Below are positions 6,602-14,782 of a stretch of DNA of 19,131 bases, one piece after another. The DNA is from Candidatus Nanopusillus sp. (lineage in GTDB: Archaea; Nanobdellota; Nanobdellia; Nanobdellales; Nanobdellaceae). The notes under the pieces are model-generated. The model worked only from the letters and a program-made list of their open reading frames with translations, was not told where the DNA came from and ran no database searches. Positions within the stretch are counted from its first letter, which is position 1; every line of letters starts with the position of its first letter. Made by a program: the position numbers and the translations under genes. Location: assembly GCA_028275775.1 (NCBI GenBank), contig JAPWTZ010000011.1:1-19131 (forward strand), written 5' to 3'.

Positions 6602-7546
6602 TTATTTTAATCTATCAATAAATATTTTTATAATATCTTTTGAATTTAATAATCCTAAAGTTCCTTTTATACATTTTCTTTCAGAGAAATTTTTTACAAA
6701 ACCATATCTTGAATATTTTGAATATATCATAACAGGTACAGGATCTGAAATGTGTCTTCCTTTAATTGATGATGTAGAATGATCTCCTGTAATTAATATA
6801 GCATCAAAATATTCTTTTATTCTTTTTATTAAATATTCATCAATTTCTTCAATTATTTTTTTCTTTTTAAATGGGTTTTTTAAGTGAGATAAAATATCCG
6901 GAGCCCTTATATGAATAAATATTATATCATATTTATTTCTATTTGCTATTGCATATTCTGAAAATGAAAATAAATTTTCATCACTTTTTCCAGTAGTTCC
7001 CAAAGGTTTTTCATAATCAATTTTCAAATATTTTGCAATTGATAAATGAATAGGACTTGAAGATAAATATAATGCTTTTACTTTATATTTTTTTTCAAAT
7101 AAATCTTTTTTATTTAAATCTTTATATATTGTTTTATTTTTTATTTTATATTTCTTTAATTTTTCAATTATTTCTTTATCATAATTATCAAAAATCAATA
7201 TATAATCATTATCTTTATATTTTATTATATCATATATATCTTTTATTTTTGGTTCTTCCTTTGATTCTATTTCAACTAAAAATTGATTTTCTTTTAATTC
7301 TTTATATATCAATGCTTTAAATATTAATTCATTATATTTAAAATCATAACCTAGTAAAGATAAATTTGATTCAATACATTTTGGAACATGTCCTCTTTCT
7401 TTTATATATAATAATCCACATTCAGAATATCTTACCAATTTATCAATATTTGGTTTTTTAGCATCCTCTAATGGTGTTTTATATCTTAATTCTTTAATTA
7501 AATTATCTCCTAATCCATCTAATATAATAAATATCCCCTTATCCAT
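6602..7546 (-). CDS. apgM: Cofactor-independent phosphoglycerate mutase, archaeal ApgM-like (alkaline-phosphatase-superfamily metalloenzyme), short form
   Basis: The N-terminus FIILDGLGDNLIKELRYKTPLEDAKKPNIDKLV…LSLLGYD and the C-terminal ILITGDHSTSSIKGRHISDPVPVMIY match the two metal-binding ends of the ApgM family. The central region is divergent and shorter than I expect for the family. Confidence 0.65.
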   Translation of the reverse strand: MDKGIFIILDGLGDNLIKELRYKTPLEDAKKPNIDKLVRYSECGLLYIKERGHVPKCIESNLSLLGYDFKYNELIFKALIYKELKENQFLVEIESKEEPKIKDIYDIIKYKDNDYILIFDNYDKEIIEKLKKYKIKNKTIYKDLNKKDLFEKKYKVKALYLSSSPIHLSIAKYLKIDYEKPLGTTGKSDENLFSFSEYAIANRNKYDIIFIHIRAPDILSHLKNPFKKKKIIEEIDEYLIKRIKEYFDAILITGDHSTSSIKGRHISDPVPVMIYSKYSRYGFVKNFSERKCIKGTLGLLNSKDIIKIFIDRLK

Positions 7547-7585
7547 ATTATTTAAATTATTAAAATTTCTAAATATAATTATTAA

Positions 7586-7669
7586 GCGGCGGTGCCCGAG
7601 CGGACAAAGGGGCTGGGCTCAAGACCCAGTGGAGTAGATCCGTCAGGGGTTCAAATCCCCTCCGCCGCA
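7586..7669 (+). tRNA. tRNA-Leu (anticodon CAA), type II with long variable arm, no encoded CCA
   Basis: Acceptor GCGGCGG pairs with CCGCCGC. The anticodon stem is CUGGG/CCCAG with loop CUCAAGA (CAA at 7620-7622). The variable arm is 15 nt (7630-7644). The T arm is AGGGG-UUCAAAU-CCCCU and the discriminator is A. Confidence 0.9.
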
Positions 7670-7752
7670 TTTAAAATTTTATTTTATATCTTCTAAGTAA
7701 ATGAAATAATTATATCAATATTATCTACAAATTATCATCTACCATAAAAATA

Positions 7753-7765
7753 CTTATATATATTA
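7753..7765 (+). promoter_or_regulatory. TATA-like box (cttatatatatta) about 25 nt upstream of ATG 7784
   Basis: The position is consistent with a leaderless or near-leaderless transcript. This is a weak call in AT-rich DNA. Confidence 0.3.
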
Positions 7766-7783
7766 AAAAATGATAGAATATTT

Positions 7784-9547
7784 ATGAAATCTATTTCTCC
7801 AATAATAGCATCAATATTAATTATTGTTATTGTTATTGCAATTTTTCTAATTCTTTATGCATTTGTTTCAGGTATGTTTTCTTCATTAACATTACCTTCA
7901 AATAATTTAGTTAATCAACAATCTAAAGTAATATCATTTACAATAAATAATGTATATTGTTCAAATAATACAATATATTTTGATATATATAATAATGGAA
8001 ATATACCTATTAATATAAATAATTCAATAATAATATTCACTGATAATAATGGAAATACTATATCTATAAATGGGAGTAATGTTATATGTAATAATGGAAA
8101 TATAATTTCTATAGGAAGTAATAGTTTATGTTATATTAACCTGCATCCATGTTATTATAATGATACATATTATATAAAAAGTATGAATTTTATATATAAT
8201 GGAATAAATTATAATTATGATATATTAAATAATAAATTTAATTTAATATTTTCTACTATTAATAATTCTCAATCATTAAATACTACATCTAATTCAAGTA
8301 GTTCTGGTTCTTCTAGTTCAGGTGGTTCGGGTACTTCGAGTAGTCCTCCCTATTCTACTTCAAGTACTCCAACATGTCAATCATCTTATTTACCTTTAAT
8401 ATTATATAATACACAAAATATTCCAACTCCTTCTCCTTTTCAACAAGATATAGCAATATGTAATGGAAGTATTAATATTGGTAATAATTTTGCATATGTA
8501 AATAATGCAACATTATTTAATTGTATAAATCCAAATGGACAAAATGTATATTTTACAACATCATATAATAGTAATCCTAATATTTACTCGTGGTATGAAG
8601 GTCAATTAATTAATGGAAATACATATTGTGATGTTTGGTGGATTAATTTATCAAATGGAATTCCTGCTAATAATAATATAACAATATATATGTACGTAGG
8701 AAATAGTAGTAATAATTATTACCAACAATATTATCCATATGTAGGAACTAATGCGCAAGTTATAGGAACTATGCAATATGATAATGGTAATTATACATTT
8801 ATAGTATATGGATATTTTAATAATACATTTGATGGATGGACTGGATATATATGTTATAGAGCATCCGTTAATTATCTACCCCAAGCAACTCCTTATGGTA
8901 TTGAAATGTTAAATAACACAACTGGTGAAAGTACATATATCTTACCTCCAAATAATTGGAATATCACAGAAATACCTTTAATTGTTGAAGAAGCTTGGTA
9001 TTATGGAGGGGGATCTCCAAATGCAGATGCAAATATAATAGCATTATTTGGAAATACAAGTCAACAATTTCCTCCAGGTAATGTTGGATCTACTTCTGAT
9101 GGTGAGAGTTGTACGTCTAATTTATCTACATTTGTACAATTTGAATATGATGGTGCTGCTCCTCCACCCAATTCTGAAGCAGCAATGTTAAAATCTGCAG
9201 TAACAAATCAATATTTAAATTATACATATCTTCCGCCAAACGGAGGAACATTTTATTCATATTTAATTGTTAATTCATCTTATGCACAAACAGGATATTA
9301 TATTTATAATTCTAATCAAGTATGGGTTCCATTAACATTATTAGATACATATGAAATGTACTATAATATAAGTTATAATGGATCCCTACTTTATGTATAT
9401 TCTAATATCAATTATAATCCATTTCAATATGATACATTAGAAATAAGTGCAGGAGATGGAGTATATACTTCATATCAATATATAGAATGGGTTGTTGCTA
9501 GAGCATATCCTCCAAATGGAGTAATGCCATCAATTTATATTGGTTAG
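7784..9547 (+). CDS. Secreted multidomain surface protein: archaeal pilin-type N-terminus, Ser/Thr linker, DUF2341-like module, ConA/LamG-like C-terminal domain
   Basis: The N-terminus MKSISPIIASILIIVIVIAIFLILYAFVSG fits the archaeal Pilin_N signature (K/R-x-x-SP-[VI]I-x-x-[IV]L…). The linker is SNSSSSGSSSSGGSGTSSSPPYSTSSTPT (residues about 169-197). YLPLILYNTQ…NPNGQNVYFTT…IYSWYEG…YCDVWWINLSNGIPANNNITIYMYVGN fits the DUF2341 pattern as I recall it. The C-terminal signature is YIEWVVARAYPPNGVMPSIYIG. There are many N-x-S/T sequons and very few K/R/E residues. Confidence 0.75.
   Translation: MKSISPIIASILIIVIVIAIFLILYAFVSGMFSSLTLPSNNLVNQQSKVISFTINNVYCSNNTIYFDIYNNGNIPININNSIIIFTDNNGNTISINGSNVICNNGNIISIGSNSLCYINLHPCYYNDTYYIKSMNFIYNGINYNYDILNNKFNLIFSTINNSQSLNTTSNSSSSGSSSSGGSGTSSSPPYSTSSTPTCQSSYLPLILYNTQNIPTPSPFQQDIAICNGSINIGNNFAYVNNATLFNCINPNGQNVYFTTSYNSNPNIYSWYEGQLINGNTYCDVWWINLSNGIPANNNITIYMYVGNSSNNYYQQYYPYVGTNAQVIGTMQYDNGNYTFIVYGYFNNTFDGWTGYICYRASVNYLPQATPYGIEMLNNTTGESTYILPPNNWNITEIPLIVEEAWYYGGGSPNADANIIALFGNTSQQFPPGNVGSTSDGESCTSNLSTFVQFEYDGAAPPPNSEAAMLKSAVTNQYLNYTYLPPNGGTFYSYLIVNSSYAQTGYYIYNSNQVWVPLTLLDTYEMYYNISYNGSLLYVYSNINYNPFQYDTLEISAGDGVYTSYQYIEWVVARAYPPNGVMPSIYIG
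8366..8790 (+). repeat. Conserved paralog block, copy 1 (partner at 17994..18416, same strand)
   Basis: In my manual alignment, residues C198-G335 align without gaps to C171-G308 of the 516-aa protein with 113/138 identical. The nucleotide similarity is obvious by eye, for example caacaagatatagcaatatgtaatggaagtat in both copies. Confidence 0.85.
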
Positions 9548-9637
9548 ATCTTTAATAATATTTAAAACCCAAACAAAAGATAATTTATAAAAACTAAATA
9601 TGATAAAAGAATGTTTTTATTATAATTCTAAAACAAA

Positions 9638-9647
9638 TTTATATATA
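9638..9647 (+). promoter_or_regulatory. TATA-like box (tttatatata) about 28 nt upstream of tRNA-Ala position 1
   Basis: The spacing fits an archaeal TATA box at -26/-27 with little or no 5' leader on the tRNA. Confidence 0.35.
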
Positions 9648-9670
9648 TAAATATAAGAAATTTAATAATC

Positions 9671-9742
9671 GGGCCCGTAGTCTAGTCGTAGGATGCCGGC
9701 CTTGCAAGCCGGAGATCCCGGGTTCAAATCCCGGCGGGTCCA
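9671..9742 (+). tRNA. tRNA-Ala (anticodon UGC), no encoded CCA
   Basis: Acceptor GGGCCCG pairs with CGGGUCC and includes the G3:U70 Ala identity pair. The anticodon stem is CCGGC/GCCGG with loop CUUGCAA (UGC at 9703-9705). The T arm is CCGGG-UUCAAAU-CCCGG and the discriminator is A. The D-loop is short (AGUCGUA). Confidence 0.9.
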
Positions 9743-9768
9743 CTTTTATTTCTTAAAACTATAAAAAA

Positions 9769-12555
9769 CTAAGCAATTATACATTCAGACCACCCACAAT
9801 CCATACATATAACACAACCAGCTTCATGTTTTAATCTTGTAGATCCACATACAGGACATTTTTCAACTTTATTATTTCCATTTTCTTCAACCCTTAATGT
9901 ATTATTAATATTTGCATTTAATTTTATTTTTGGTACTTCAACATTATTAGTTAATTCATAATACCAGTTTGGTAACTTTATTCCATATTGTTTTAATATT
10001 TCAATTGTTCTATTATTTATTTTTCCTTCTTTAACTAATCTAAAGTAATCCATAAATCTTGCTTTACTTGCTTCTGCAGGAGCTACATATACTTGTGCAG
10101 ATCTTGATCCATCTCTATATATAGTAATTCCTTTACATCCCATCTTATGTGCTAATAAATATGAATAATATACATCATCCGGTTGAACCCAGTTTGGCAT
10201 ATTTATTGTTTTTGATATTGATGTAGTTATCCATATTTGAGCAACAGCCTGTGCCCTTATATGATCCCACCAAGGTATATCTAATGCAGTTAAGAATACT
10301 GCTTTTAAATCATCTGGAATTTCTTTTATTCCCAATAAACTTCCCCCATTATCGGATATTTTCTTTAATATATCATTATTATATAATCCCCTTTCTCTTA
10401 ATTGTCTTTCCAATTCTGGATCTACATAATAATATACACCAGCAGTTACTCTTTTTTCATATACTAAAGAATATTGTGGTTCAATACCTGAAGATGTATC
10501 TGCTAACATTGATATAGAACCTGTAGGAGCAATTGATGTAACTTCAACATTTCTTATTCCATATTTCATTATTTGTTCTTTCAAATATTCCCAATCCAAT
10601 GTCCATAATTCTTTATGATAATATCCTTCTACAGGTAATTCTCCATCTTTATATGTTGTTTGCTCATATCTATCAAATTTACCCCTTGTTTTTGCTCTTT
10701 CAACAGATTCTAACATTGAATAATATGTTAAATATTCTGTTATTTTCATTAATAATTTATATCCTTCCTCTGATGTATATGGAATTCCCAATGCATAGAA
10801 TAAATCTGCCAATCCCATAAATCCAAGTCCAACCCTTCTTACTGCTTTTGAAGCTTCCTCAATTTCTTTTATTGGATATTTATTTACATCTATTACATTA
10901 TCTAAAAATCTATATGCCCATTTTATTGTTTCAATATATTTATCCCAATTAAATTCTGCCTTTCCATCTTTAAATTCAACCAAAGCATACAGATTAATTG
11001 ATCCTAAATTACATGACTCATATGGATATAGAGGCTGTTCTCCGCATGGGTTACTGGCTCTAATTGGTCCTCTATATTTATATTGAACATTTCTTCTATT
11101 TATATTATCCATAAATAAACATCCTGGATCTCCCTTTTCCCATGCAACATATGATGCTTCCTGTAATATTCTATCAGAATTTACATATCCCGTAATTGAT
11201 TCTTTTGGTATTTTATTTATATCAAAATTTGGATCCCCTGGCAAAGGTAAATTATATTTCCTTAATAATCTTGGATTAATTAATGGATATTCTTTTTTAT
11301 TTTCAAAATATTCCCAGAAAGATGGTTCAAACATTATAGATATATTAAAGTTTTCTAATACACCTTCTTTTTCCTTTAAATGAATAAATTTAAATATTTC
11401 AGGATGCCAGGATTCTAAAATTCCCATATTCGCTCCCCTTCTTTTTCCTCCCTGTTTTACTACATCTGTAATTGTATCTATAATTTTCATAAATGAAACA
11501 GGACCTGATGCAACACCTCCAGTAGATGCAACAACATCGCCTTCGGGTCTTAATTTTGAATAATTTATTCCGATTCCACCTCCAGATTTAAATATTAAAG
11601 CTGCTTCTGTTGCTGATTTCATTATTGATTCCATATTATCATCAATATCTAATACAAAGCATGCAGATAATTGACCTAAAACTGCACCTGCATTAAATAA
11701 TGTAGGAGAATTTGGCATAAACCTTTTACTTACCATTAAATCATAATATTGATAGAAATTTTCGTAATATTTGTCAAATTCCCCATTTTCTAACATTTTT
11801 ATAAATTCTGACCATGAAACTTTCATATGGCCTCTTTCATTTAGATAATCGTACAAATATTTCATTCTTTCTAAATGATATCTATTCCATCTAAACTTTG
11901 GATCTTTTATTGGTAATCCATATTTATTTTCATTTTTTTCAAAATCAAATTCTTCTTTTGGATGTACTTTTTGTTTTCCTTCTTTATCATATATCCTTTC
12001 ATCATATAATATATCAGGTATTACAATTAATGCTGCAACCCTTTCAAACATTTGCTTTGGACCTTCTATTAATTCTTTATTTTCATTTCTTAATAAATAT
12101 CTATTTACCATTAATCTAATCGAATTAACAGAGAATCTTTTTGCAACTTCCTCTTCATAGAATTTTCCCAATAAATTTTTCTTTTCTTCTCTTATCTTTT
12201 CTTTTTCTTTTCTATAAGAAATATATGCTTTAGCAACATCATATAAATCAAATTTCAATAAAGATAATTCAACAATATCCTGAATCTCTTCAACAGTTGG
12301 ATATTTTGTATTATCATATTTTTCTTCTAATACTTTTATTACATAATCAACAACTTTTTCCAATTTTTCTTTATCATATTGACCAACAGCTTTCATTGCT
12401 CTTTCTACAGCATATTTTATTCTTTCGGGATCAAAATCAACAACCCTCCCATCTCTTTTAATAACTTTTTTTATTTTATAATTTTTTTGTCCTAAAACAA
12501 TCTCTTTTTCTTTTTTTTCATTTGAAAAATCATTTATAAACCCCTCATCACTCAT
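9769..12555 (-). CDS. nrdJ: Class II (adenosylcobalamin-dependent) ribonucleotide reductase with an N-terminal ATP-cone and a C-terminal Cys4 zinc ribbon
   Basis: The ATP-cone is KVIKRDGRVVDFDPERIKYAVERA. The active-site loop SNPCGEQPLYPYESCNLGSINL has the NPCGE motif typical of class II. The C-terminus is KCPVCGSTRLKHEAGCVICMDCGWSEC. No intein-like insertion is visible. Confidence 0.85.
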   Translation of the reverse strand: MSDEGFINDFSNEKKEKEIVLGQKNYKIKKVIKRDGRVVDFDPERIKYAVERAMKAVGQYDKEKLEKVVDYVIKVLEEKYDNTKYPTVEEIQDIVELSLLKFDLYDVAKAYISYRKEKEKIREEKKNLLGKFYEEEVAKRFSVNSIRLMVNRYLLRNENKELIEGPKQMFERVAALIVIPDILYDERIYDKEGKQKVHPKEEFDFEKNENKYGLPIKDPKFRWNRYHLERMKYLYDYLNERGHMKVSWSEFIKMLENGEFDKYYENFYQYYDLMVSKRFMPNSPTLFNAGAVLGQLSACFVLDIDDNMESIMKSATEAALIFKSGGGIGINYSKLRPEGDVVASTGGVASGPVSFMKIIDTITDVVKQGGKRRGANMGILESWHPEIFKFIHLKEKEGVLENFNISIMFEPSFWEYFENKKEYPLINPRLLRKYNLPLPGDPNFDINKIPKESITGYVNSDRILQEASYVAWEKGDPGCLFMDNINRRNVQYKYRGPIRASNPCGEQPLYPYESCNLGSINLYALVEFKDGKAEFNWDKYIETIKWAYRFLDNVIDVNKYPIKEIEEASKAVRRVGLGFMGLADLFYALGIPYTSEEGYKLLMKITEYLTYYSMLESVERAKTRGKFDRYEQTTYKDGELPVEGYYHKELWTLDWEYLKEQIMKYGIRNVEVTSIAPTGSISMLADTSSGIEPQYSLVYEKRVTAGVYYYVDPELERQLRERGLYNNDILKKISDNGGSLLGIKEIPDDLKAVFLTALDIPWWDHIRAQAVAQIWITTSISKTINMPNWVQPDDVYYSYLLAHKMGCKGITIYRDGSRSAQVYVAPAEASKARFMDYFRLVKEGKINNRTIEILKQYGIKLPNWYYELTNNVEVPKIKLNANINNTLRVEENGNNKVEKCPVCGSTRLKHEAGCVICMDCGWSECIIA

Positions 12556-12717
12556 TTAAATTTTTTATAGAAAATTTTTAAATTCTTTTCTATGAACTGT
12601 TTAAAAATACCAGTTATAAATGTTTATTTCATTGATGATCAATAATATTTTTTTATAAATATATTATTTCAATTCTATTTCTCTTATTTTCTCTTCTAAC
12701 TATCCAATTACTTATTT

Positions 12718-13341
12718 TTACTTTATTTTTATCTTTTTATCATATATTTCAACCAATTTTACTTCTCCTGCAACATTTACAACTTTTGCTTTATTTATTA
12801 TATCTTCCAAACCTCCTGCTTCATGTATATGCCCATGTATATTTAAAATAACCTTATCATTATTTTCAATGAATTTTCTTAATTCATAACTACCAGAAAT
12901 ATCTAAAGAAGTCATAGAATTCTTTGGAGGAATATGTGTTAATAAAATAAAATATTTATCATTAAATTTCTTCTTCAATTCATTTAAAAATCTTTCAATT
13001 TCTTTTTCATCAATTATATTTAATAATATATCTGCCCCTCCAAATCCAGCTAATACAAAATTATCCCTTACTATATATTTTTTATCTAAATTTCTTATTT
13101 TATATATTTTTTCCAATAATTTAATATCTTCTGATGTTTCATGATTTCCTGGTATTATTAAAATTTTATTTGGATCTATATATTCTGTTAATTTTTTTAT
13201 TAATCCTCTTTCTATTTCTCCCAATTCAGATATATCACCCAAAATTATTACATAATCTGGTCTTTCTTTTTTATATAATTCTATTATTTTATATATAATT
13301 CCAAAATCATTATGTATATCAGATGATACTATTAACTTCAT
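12718..13341 (-). CDS. Metallophosphoesterase (calcineurin-like phosphoesterase family)
   Basis: The ordered motifs are SSDIHND, LGDISELG, PGNHE, LLTHIPP and IHGHIHE. Confidence 0.8.
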   Translation of the reverse strand: MKLIVSSDIHNDFGIIYKIIELYKKERPDYVIILGDISELGEIERGLIKKLTEYIDPNKILIIPGNHETSEDIKLLEKIYKIRNLDKKYIVRDNFVLAGFGGADILLNIIDEKEIERFLNELKKKFNDKYFILLTHIPPKNSMTSLDISGSYELRKFIENNDKVILNIHGHIHEAGGLEDIINKAKVVNVAGEVKLVEIYDKKIKIK

Positions 13342-13348
13342 AATATAT

Positions 13349-14302
13349 TTATATATACCATTCTTTTTTATTTTTTATATAAGATATTAAAAATTCTTTT
13401 AATTTATTATAATCATAAAAAATATTCATATTATTATATTTTTTAATAAATTCATTAAGAATTTTTTCTTCTCTTTCTGTAAATAAATCTTTTTTTGAGA
13501 AATATAAAATTATTTCTTTATTGAATATCTTTTTTATCATATTTAATAAATTTATTTGCTCCTCAATACTATATCCACATGTTTCAGTTAAATCAAAAAT
13601 ATATATAATCAAATTTGCAAGATAATTCAATGCTAATATAGATTTTTTCTCAATTTCATTCATTTCTTCTATAGGTCTATCTAAAATTCCTGGAGTATCA
13701 ATTACTTGTATATCAAAATATGGTGTTTTAATATATCCTATCATTAAATCTTTTGTTGTAAATGGATATGGTTCAATTTTAACATTTGATCCTGTTAAAT
13801 TTTTTAATAATGTACTTTTCCCAACATTTGGTAAACCTGAAATAACAACTGTAGGTAAATTTTTAATATTCGGTATTTTTCTTCTTCTATTTAAATAAAT
13901 ATTATAATATTTAAATATTATCCAATTTCTTCTTAATATACTAGATATTCTTCCATAAAATTCTCTTCTATATTTTTCTATTAATTTTTTATCTTTTGTT
14001 AACTTTATATCATTATTATACTTTAAATAAACCTGCTTTATTGTTTTTCTTATATATTTTATCCTTTCTCTTAATTTCTTTATATCTATATCAGTAAATA
14101 ACAATTTATATAATTCTTTATAGAATTTGTTTTCAGGTAAAATTATATCATTATATATTTTTTCCAATTTATCATCAATATATTGATATATTGTTTGTAA
14201 TTTTACAATATTTCTTTCTTTTATATCATAAAATTGATTACCATTATTTTTTGCCCTTTTAAATGCAGATGATAATAATTCTTCTACAAATTTATATTTC
14301 AT
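13349..14302 (-). CDS. NOG1-family GTP-binding protein (Obg-like GTPase)
   Basis: G1 is GLPNVGKSTLLKNLTG, G2 is YPFTTKD and G3 is DTPGILDRP. These are preceded by a NOG1-type helical N-terminal domain of about 150 aa. Confidence 0.8.
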   Translation of the reverse strand: MKYKFVEELLSSAFKRAKNNGNQFYDIKERNIVKLQTIYQYIDDKLEKIYNDIILPENKFYKELYKLLFTDIDIKKLRERIKYIRKTIKQVYLKYNNDIKLTKDKKLIEKYRREFYGRISSILRRNWIIFKYYNIYLNRRRKIPNIKNLPTVVISGLPNVGKSTLLKNLTGSNVKIEPYPFTTKDLMIGYIKTPYFDIQVIDTPGILDRPIEEMNEIEKKSILALNYLANLIIYIFDLTETCGYSIEEQINLLNMIKKIFNKEIILYFSKKDLFTEREEKILNEFIKKYNNMNIFYDYNKLKEFLISYIKNKKEWYI

Positions 14303-14331
14303 AAAAATTTATATTATAAAAAATTAAAAAA

Positions 14332-14775
14332 TTATTCTAAATTAATTTTCTTTCCTTCATAGCCTGGCTTTTTCCCTATTTCAATTCTTAATACTCCATT
14401 TTCATATTTTGCCTTTATAGAATTCTCATCTGCATCTTCTGGTAATGGAATTACCCTTTTATATCCTGAAAACATTCTTTCAGACAATATATAATTCTCA
14501 TCTTTCTCTTCTTTTTCAATTTTTCTTGATGCTACAATTTTTAGATGATGATCTACTAAGGTAACATTTATATCTTTCTTATCAACTCCTGGTAGATCAA
14601 TTTCTACTATATATTTATCTCCTTTATCTACTAAATCTACTGCAGGTACTTCATATTCAAAGTTTAATCCGAATCTTTTTCTTGCTCTACTAAGGAATTT
14701 TCTCCATAATTTCATTTGTCTAGCGATTTCTCTTCTAATTTCTTCATATATGTCATTAAAGTCATCTATATCCAT
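14332..14775 (-). CDS. hsp20: Small heat-shock protein, Hsp20/alpha-crystallin family
   Basis: The alpha-crystallin domain reads VDLVDKGDKYIVEIDLPGVDKKDINVTLVDHHLKIVASRK…FSGYKRVIPLPEDADENSIKAKYENGVLRIEI. Confidence 0.9.
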   Translation of the reverse strand: MDIDDFNDIYEEIRREIARQMKLWRKFLSRARKRFGLNFEYEVPAVDLVDKGDKYIVEIDLPGVDKKDINVTLVDHHLKIVASRKIEKEEKDENYILSERMFSGYKRVIPLPEDADENSIKAKYENGVLRIEIGKKPGYEGKKINLE

Positions 14776-14782
14776 AATATTA

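Noticed and set aside
7720-7742. An imperfect direct repeat (attatctac / attatcatctac) upstream of the 587-aa gene, considered as a transcription-factor site
   Set aside because: It is short, imperfect (3-nt indel) and lies in about 85% AT DNA, so it cannot be distinguished from chance without comparative data.
12556-12717. A C/D-box sRNA (ttgatga at about 12640) or a regulatory hairpin (aactg…cagtt, about 12596-12617) upstream of the RNR gene
   Set aside because: No matching D box (CUGA) lies at a suitable distance on either strand. The inverted repeat has only 5-bp arms with an 11-nt loop. Other intergenic regions likewise lack paired C and D boxes.
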